Positions 57,562-64,000 of a stretch of DNA of 64,000 nt are shown one piece after another. The translations under genes and the position numbers were made by a program. The stretch spans positions 4,033,241-4,097,240 of the forward strand of contig OZ316899.1 in assembly GCA_973895155.1 (NCBI GenBank). The letters run 5' to 3'. The stretch is from Marsupella aquatica (taxonomy: Eukaryota > Plantae > Marchantiophyta). Position 1 is the stretch's first letter, and each line of letters opens with the position of its first letter. The notes under the pieces were generated by a model. The model was not told where the DNA came from and did no database searches. It saw nothing but the letters and a program-made list of their open reading frames with translations.

Positions 57562-60500
57562 TGTGGCGCGTTTTCCAAGACCTCTAACCCAAAGAACTAC
57601 CCTCAGTCGATCATAAACCACTCGCTTATGTCCGTCCTCTTGCCCTTTGGCAGCTATTCGGTTTGGAAACGCGATCCTCTCCTTTGATCCACACACCGGA
57701 CCAATTCTTTCACTGGGCTTGTGAATTGTGCACAACTGAGACACCTAATTCCTCTTTAACTTCTTCAGGTATATTTGTATTCCGCCCCCGGAATGTACCC
57801 TTACGGCTTAATTTCTTAAGCCGGCTGAAGGTCTTTTTCAGACTGACTCAACTCACACTTCACCGACTAAACACTCTCAATCCTCACTTTTCTCTCAAAG
57901 TTTGATTGGGCAGTCTCCAATCAAGACAATGCGATTGTATTTTGCTCAATAGTTCACCCTATCTGACTTAAATCAATCAAGCAACAGATATCATAACACT
58001 CAACTTCTTGGATGGCAAGAATCTGCAAACTATGCAACGAGGCCAACTCAATTCAAACAATTGCTCAGAAATCCAAGGGAACTGGTGGTTTACTGATACC
58101 CTGCGGTCTAGGTTTAGCCGAGAGCTTCCTGTGCTCACAACAATACAGATTTACACTAAAGCCTTGACTAAGAAAAAGCCCCTCGGGCCATGTTGCCCAG
58201 ATTTTTATCCTTGCAACGTGTTCAGGGAAATGGCGGAAATCCTAACCACAACTCACGACCTTCCACCGCGATAATCCTACTAAAAAACTATTACCTAAAA
58301 AACTTGACTAGCCCGGAACCCTGTGTGAACCGAGCATCTAATACTACCTAAGCCAACAGGGCGCTACTTGCCCTGTCCCATCCTACAACGGTCGCGCCCT
58401 TCTGGCCCAAGCCCTTCTCCTGCCGCCACGTCCTCCTTCCAACCGATGACTGGCCCTCCTTAATTGTCAGATGACCAGTGGTAAGTCCAAATTTTCCGAC
58501 TCTGCACCTTCTCCTGCCATCGGCTCCGGCTTGACCCCTTCGGCTTCCTCGACTTCGGGTTCTGGTTTGTCGGCCCCTGCATCGGCTGCTGCATTGGCAT
58601 CCTCCTGGGAAACGGCTTGGAGAGCTTTTGCCTTAACTTCCTCAATCCAAGCCTGCTCCCCGATGCGCTCGGTCTCAATAACCCACGGCTTCACGTTCTG
58701 GGCGTCCATAGAAGCAGTACCATCGTCTGAACCTGTTACCGCAGCTCCAAGTTGATCCGCAGTACTTACCTCTACTACAACTGCCTTCAGGGCCATAGTA
58801 CCACAAATGTGAGCGGCCATGCTCTCGACTTCCTCCGGAGTGGCTTTAAGGGGCTTAACTTTATTATCGCCTGGCCCCATGAACGTCTTTGCCAAATCTG
58901 CTACCAACTGCATGGCTTTGCCCCCAGTCACGCTTGACAACAGTGAGCTCGGCTTCGGCTTTGGCTTCACTGTATTTCCGCCTACCATACTACTGACGGG
59001 AAGCCTTTCAGTTGGTGACCCATATCCCGCTTTGGCATACTTCTTCAATTTCTCCGTTTGATTGTCGGCACGCTTCTGCAACCCGAGCATCTTATCCCTG
59101 GCCTCCTCCAATTCCTGAGATACGTCTTCAACTTCATTGTTAAGCCGTTGTATCTTGGACCTGGCCATCTTCAGCTCCTCATTTAAGATTTGCACGATCT
59201 CCAACTCTTGCTTATCTACGGCTGCTTTCAAGGAGTCATTGATGCCTTCCAGTTTTGTGACCTTGTCCGTCCATGCCTGCTTTGTCCTGGTTAGCTCCTC
59301 CTGAAGCTCCTTGCGTATCTGTTGGACCCGGTTTAGGTGATCATTGGCCGTTGTGCACATGGCGTCATCATGCTTCTCACGCATGGCCTCCAACCGGTTG
59401 AGTAACTTCTCATACTTCCTTTGGGCTTCTGCCAAGGCCTTCTCGCTCTGGGTGGCCTGATCCTTAGCCGTCGTTTTGAGCCTCTCGACCTGGTGATTTA
59501 GACCCTATACTTCTGCTTTTGAATCGGCTAACTCCAGCTCTACCTTCGTCAATTTTTCCTTGATTTGCTGGTTATCCAATTGGTTGTTCGCCACCTCCAA
59601 TTCCTGCTGCTTAGCCAAGAGATCCTGCTGAGTTGGTTGACCAGACTTCATCTTAGCAACTTTGGCTTCCATGGAGCGAAGCTGAGCAATTACCTCCTCT
59701 TTCTTTAACCGCTCCAACGTCATTGCCTCCTCCAGTCTCATTTGATCAGCCACTTCTTTTCTAAGAAATGGCCCGGATTCCAACTCGTTACCAAAGATTT
59801 CAAAGGCTAAGAGTCCACACATGTCTCCATACTCCTTAGCCCGATTTCTTGCGTAGTTTGACCTCCCAGGTGATACTAGCATTTGCCATCGAGGTCGTCT
59901 CTCCCAAGCCTCTGGCCGTAATTGATCAAAGTTAGTGAGAGGTTCAGCATGCCTCTCACTAAGCCATCTTATTTCTTCCGGCCACTCTCCTCCTAGTGGT
60001 TGGCATTCCTGTTCTACATTCCGGGCCCCCCACTCCTTAATCCTCTCTTGTAGCCCGGCTTCAGCTTCCTTCATCTTGTCAAATTCCAATGGCGTCACAT
60101 CTGGTGGAGGAGATTCTGGTGTTTCCTGGTCCTCCGGCTTGCCATAGAAGACTACGGGAAGTCTTCTACAAAACCTTCCCATCATTCTAACTCCTGGTAC
60201 CGGCCTCTCCCCGTGATTGACATAGTCATCATCGTAATCATCCAAATTAACCTGACTACCTAGCATGCTGGCCTCTCCTCCAAAGCCCCCGATCTCTTCC
60301 TCCGAATATTGTTGGGCTGCTACTGGTTGACTTTCCTCCACAGGTCCCTCCACTTGGGCTCTGTTAGAAGCTCTTAATACCGGCCTCTCCTGGCTTTGGC
60401 TTACCTCCTCATCTGTCTCCGAATCCATTCGCTCGTCATATTTCTTTCTCTCTTTGGCAGTCATCTTCCTTTCGACCAATTGGATGCCTGCATATGGATT

Positions 60501-62148
60501 ATTACGAGTAGGCCGACGCAATGGATTTCTCACTACATCATATGTTACTACCTCTGGCTCCTTGATAGGGGAATGCTCCCGTTCTTGTGTTGTCGGTGTT
60601 GCTGACCTCCTCCCGTGGCGTCGTTTGCTTAGAGGCTCCTCGTCCTCCTCCACCTCCTCAAGTGGTGCAATGATCGGCATTCGCTCCTATATAGGCAACA
60701 CCGGTGCAAAAGACTGGCTTCTTGCATATCGGCAAAGTAATTGCAGATGGTACCCTAGTCTGGATACCGCTCCCTCCCCAATGCTCTGCTTCTCTTCATT
60801 TAATGCCTTCTTCAACTGCATTAAGAGATAGCCGTTGTAGTCTCGGCTTGCATCAATATTATCCACCAAAAATACCTGGGCTTTGCCAATTTCTGCTCTC
60901 GGCAAGGTACAATGCAATGTGACTCTTAGGAAATCAATCAGCTGCCCTATATGCGGGTTGGTACATTGATTCCTGAAAAACCCATTCTTAGTGGAAGGCC
61001 CTGGAAATGACCTGAACTGGTCATCCGGCAACGTCTTCCTCTGCTCCACCTTAGTCTTCCTTCCTATTGGTAAAGCGAAGACGGCTTTGATAAGCGCAGG
61101 TTAACTCGAACACCTTTCCATACAGCAGCGTCGTGTTGGAAGAAGCCTCCCAGCATCCCACGAAGTCCAATAGATCCTCATCTGGTATGTCTACCATCCT
61201 CCAGGACAACCTGACAAAGCCCTCCAACCCAGTGTCATTCATATATCCTGCATATTTATTATCCTGAACGGCACTGAAGACCTCATCCTCATCTCTTGCG
61301 AACTATAATTGTAAATCGGCAGGTAACCTGTTTGCCCACCCTGTCATGGTTTTATCCTCTACAGCCCAATCTCTAACTGGCCCGGATTCCATCTTGATTG
61401 GTCTCTCCGACCTAGTTTGCTTTGCTGGAGTGGCGGATCCCGAACCTCCCTTGCGCTTCATCTCTTTAGCGCCTGAATACTCCCCGAGAATGGCTTCCTT
61501 CGTCCACTTCGCAATGTGACCCTTCAATTCCCAAAGTGGCTGCCCTACGTTCTTGATTGCCTCCCTAATCCCCACGGCCTTATTCTCCCGGATCAGCAAT
61601 TTGTCAAGCTCAGCACTGGTGGGTGTCCACGAGAACTTTTCCAACACCTCCTCCATATCTACGAATGCCATTTTGTGAATTCCCCACAATCGCGCAAGCT
61701 CCGCTCGTTCTCTGGCTGCGCGCTCTGGCTCAACGTCTTCATATGTAGGTATCAATTGCCTTGCTTCTTCAAGCAAACAGCCCCAAAACTTCCCTGCCTG
61801 ATTCACCGTGTTCATTCCACCGAATGCCAAGAATTTGCACAATCTCCCAATCCACCTTAGCACTCGACTGATAGTCACTCCTCAATGTCAAAACCGTGTA
61901 CACGAGAATGCAAAATGGTAGAGTATTGGTCACCTTACTCCGAAGCCGCCACTTAGGGGTCCTTGTGATCAAGCATGGATTAGGTCATAACTCCAATCCG
62001 CTGGATCTCAACCGTTGGATCCTTTTCTTTATTATCTACACGTAGAAATCGGCATCGGTCTTTATTGTTACCTTATACTCTCTATCTATCCTTATTTAGC
62101 CATTTTTTAGGCTTAGTTATTACTTCGTGATCCTGGCAAGGCATCACA
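57562..62148 (-). mobile_element. Family F1 unit, second complete copy (4587 bp)
   Basis: TGTGGCGCG...GGCATCACA; perfect TSD ACCTG (57557-57561 / 62149-62153). ORF pieces 58467-61878 are homologous to 1438-4642. Confidence 0.9.
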
Positions 62149-64000
62149 ACCTGATACTTCTCTACTCGCCTCTTGGCTTCAGCCTGGGCATGACCTGCCT
62201 TTACCGCTGCCACCAGTTCTTGACTGAAGAAGTAAGTCACCTTGCGGGCCATAAACTCCCCTAGATCCCGACCAACTTCCAAAGAGAAGTTTTTGAGCAA
62301 CCCGGTCATAAACATACCTGGACTGAAGAATTTTGGGTTTACTAGACTATGCTCACAGGGGTTTAGACATGGCCCTACATCCAATTGGTTGAGGGTGGGG
62401 TGGATAGGTCCACCGTAGGGGTGAGGTGGACGGGGGGTGGTGTGTCTATTGAGGAAGAGGGACCTATCAAGGCCGGTGCAGGGGATACTAGGGCTTATTT
62501 GTAGTAGGGGCCTCCGGCACAAGATCAACTAAAAGGGGGTTGTCTGAAATGTTTGCCCAAGCCTGGTTTTGCACCTCCAAGGCTACAATAATCGCGGTGT
62601 CTGGCAATAGAGATGAGACCTCACTAATCGGCCTTGGGCTGGGGGTAGGGGCAATGGGTGCCGGACTCCGGGCTTTGGATTGAGCCCGTCTCTCTCCATT
62701 AGGAAGACCCATTTGGATTGGATGATGTCCAATTTGTTGCAACAGGAAATCGTCTGGCAATCAAAACGGGCATACCACTCCAAGATAATCTTGATGTGAC
62801 TGGCCAGGTAAGCCTAAGTCCCTCCGATGAACAATGTCTTCCTACGCCATTCCATCTCCTTGTAAAGTTTCTTGACAAAGAAAGATGCCCACTTCCTTGG
62901 CCGGTAATTCTCCACCTGAATTACCTTGCCCACAAATATCTCTCCCCGTGGCTCCATTATGTGGAGAGCATACTGCTGAAACTCTAGCCACTTTGCTATC
63001 TCCGTCTTGATACACGTCCGCAAGAGAAAGTCATTGTCTACCGACCCGCCAGGGACAAGTGGTACTTGGCTCCCTTGCCCCCTGGTGCTCGCAATTCCAC
63101 CCCATCCCTTCCTTTGGGTAGGCCAAAGATGAGCTTGAGTCATGCTTCGGACAAGGACATCACTTGTCCTTGGGCACAAGTTTCCTGGCAGGCCTCATCA
63201 AAGTTTTAAATTAACTCCGTCATGTCCTCCCCATAGTACCACTAGGTGTTCTAGGGAAGGGCTAAGAGGTGCTCAAACCCTTGGGTCTTCAAGTAGCACG
63301 TATGCTTTGGATGGAGGATGTTTTTATGGACATTTTCCCCCATCGGATGCATGGTGAGTTTGGTCACTGTGACGGTGGCCATAGGCAAGCTGGTTGCCAA
63401 GGTTGGCTCCTTTCTCTTCCTACCCCGGTAATGGCTCCCGGGATGAATTGCCAAGGGTGATAACTGTCCTTGCTCTCTTTCTAGTGGTGACGGTATTGCT
63501 ACTGCCATCAGTCCAAACGTCAAAGCTGCAACCATGACCGTAGTGTCTGCCGGGGTTGCCTATCAGGTTTGTGCTTGTTGGGGTTTGGGGTGGTACCCGC
63601 CGTGGGTCGTTGGGTAGCCGGTGGGTTGCGGATGAGGGGATGATCTCCTCATCTTTTGAGCTTAAGTTTACCGCATTCACCACAGACCGCACCCAAACGA
63701 GTGGTGGGGTTGGTGGTGGGGAGGAGCTTGAGGGGGCCCAAGGTGGCGTCTAAGTTTTCCCAAGGAGGTTTGATGTTGGGGCCATTGAAGGAGTAGCCAT
63801 GGGAACTATGGGTCTTGGTGCCAAGCCAAGGGCTGGTGGAGCCTGCGGATGTGCTGCTTGGTGAGTTGGGGCCGTGCCAAACCCACAGTCAACAAATGAC
63901 TGTACCTTGGTGGGTATGTCATCAAAATGGTGTTGTTGCAAGTCTACGGTGCCAAGGATCCCAAAGACTTCTTTCGAGAGTCAAAGGAGGGCTTCTTCAA
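62149..64000 (-). pseudogene. N-terminal part of the decayed F2-family ORF (continues beyond the window)
   Basis: QHHFDDIP, HKNILHPKHTCYLKTQGFEHL, ENYRPRKWAS and GEFMARKV match the 878-aa protein. Confidence 0.85.

Noticed and set aside
1-64000. Most short ORFs (60-190 aa) in the six-frame track
   Set aside because: They are antisense or alternate-frame shadows of GC-rich TE coding regions, or fragments of the pseudogenes already listed.

Overview
This looks like a TE-dense land-plant genomic window; the exact host is not determinable, though the elements are bryophyte/lycophyte/fern-like. The only recognisable host gene is the last three coding exons of a DDM1-type SNF2 remodeller (33838-34561, minus strand); its upstream exons are not in the window. 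The rest is nested mobile DNA: a young Ty1/copia with near-identical LTRs, a deleted copia derivative, a full-length L1-type LINE inside a related LINE, CACTA ends, two Mutator-type MITEs and solo LTRs. Three things stand out. (1) A decayed Ty3/gypsy element (37276-51222) carries a DNMT3-like cytosine methyltransferase between protease and RT, plus a PHD finger after the integrase. (2) That element has unusual split terminal repeats (L-ORFs-X-L-X, joined by identical CA-AC-TG junctions) and a candidate 11-nt self-priming site. (3) Seven copies of three related families of 3-4.6 kb TG...CA units occur here; the four complete copies have perfect 5-bp TSDs, no internal LTR pair and no gag/pol, and each carries one large accessory-type ORF. 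All alignments, counts and coordinates were done by eye, with no database searches.
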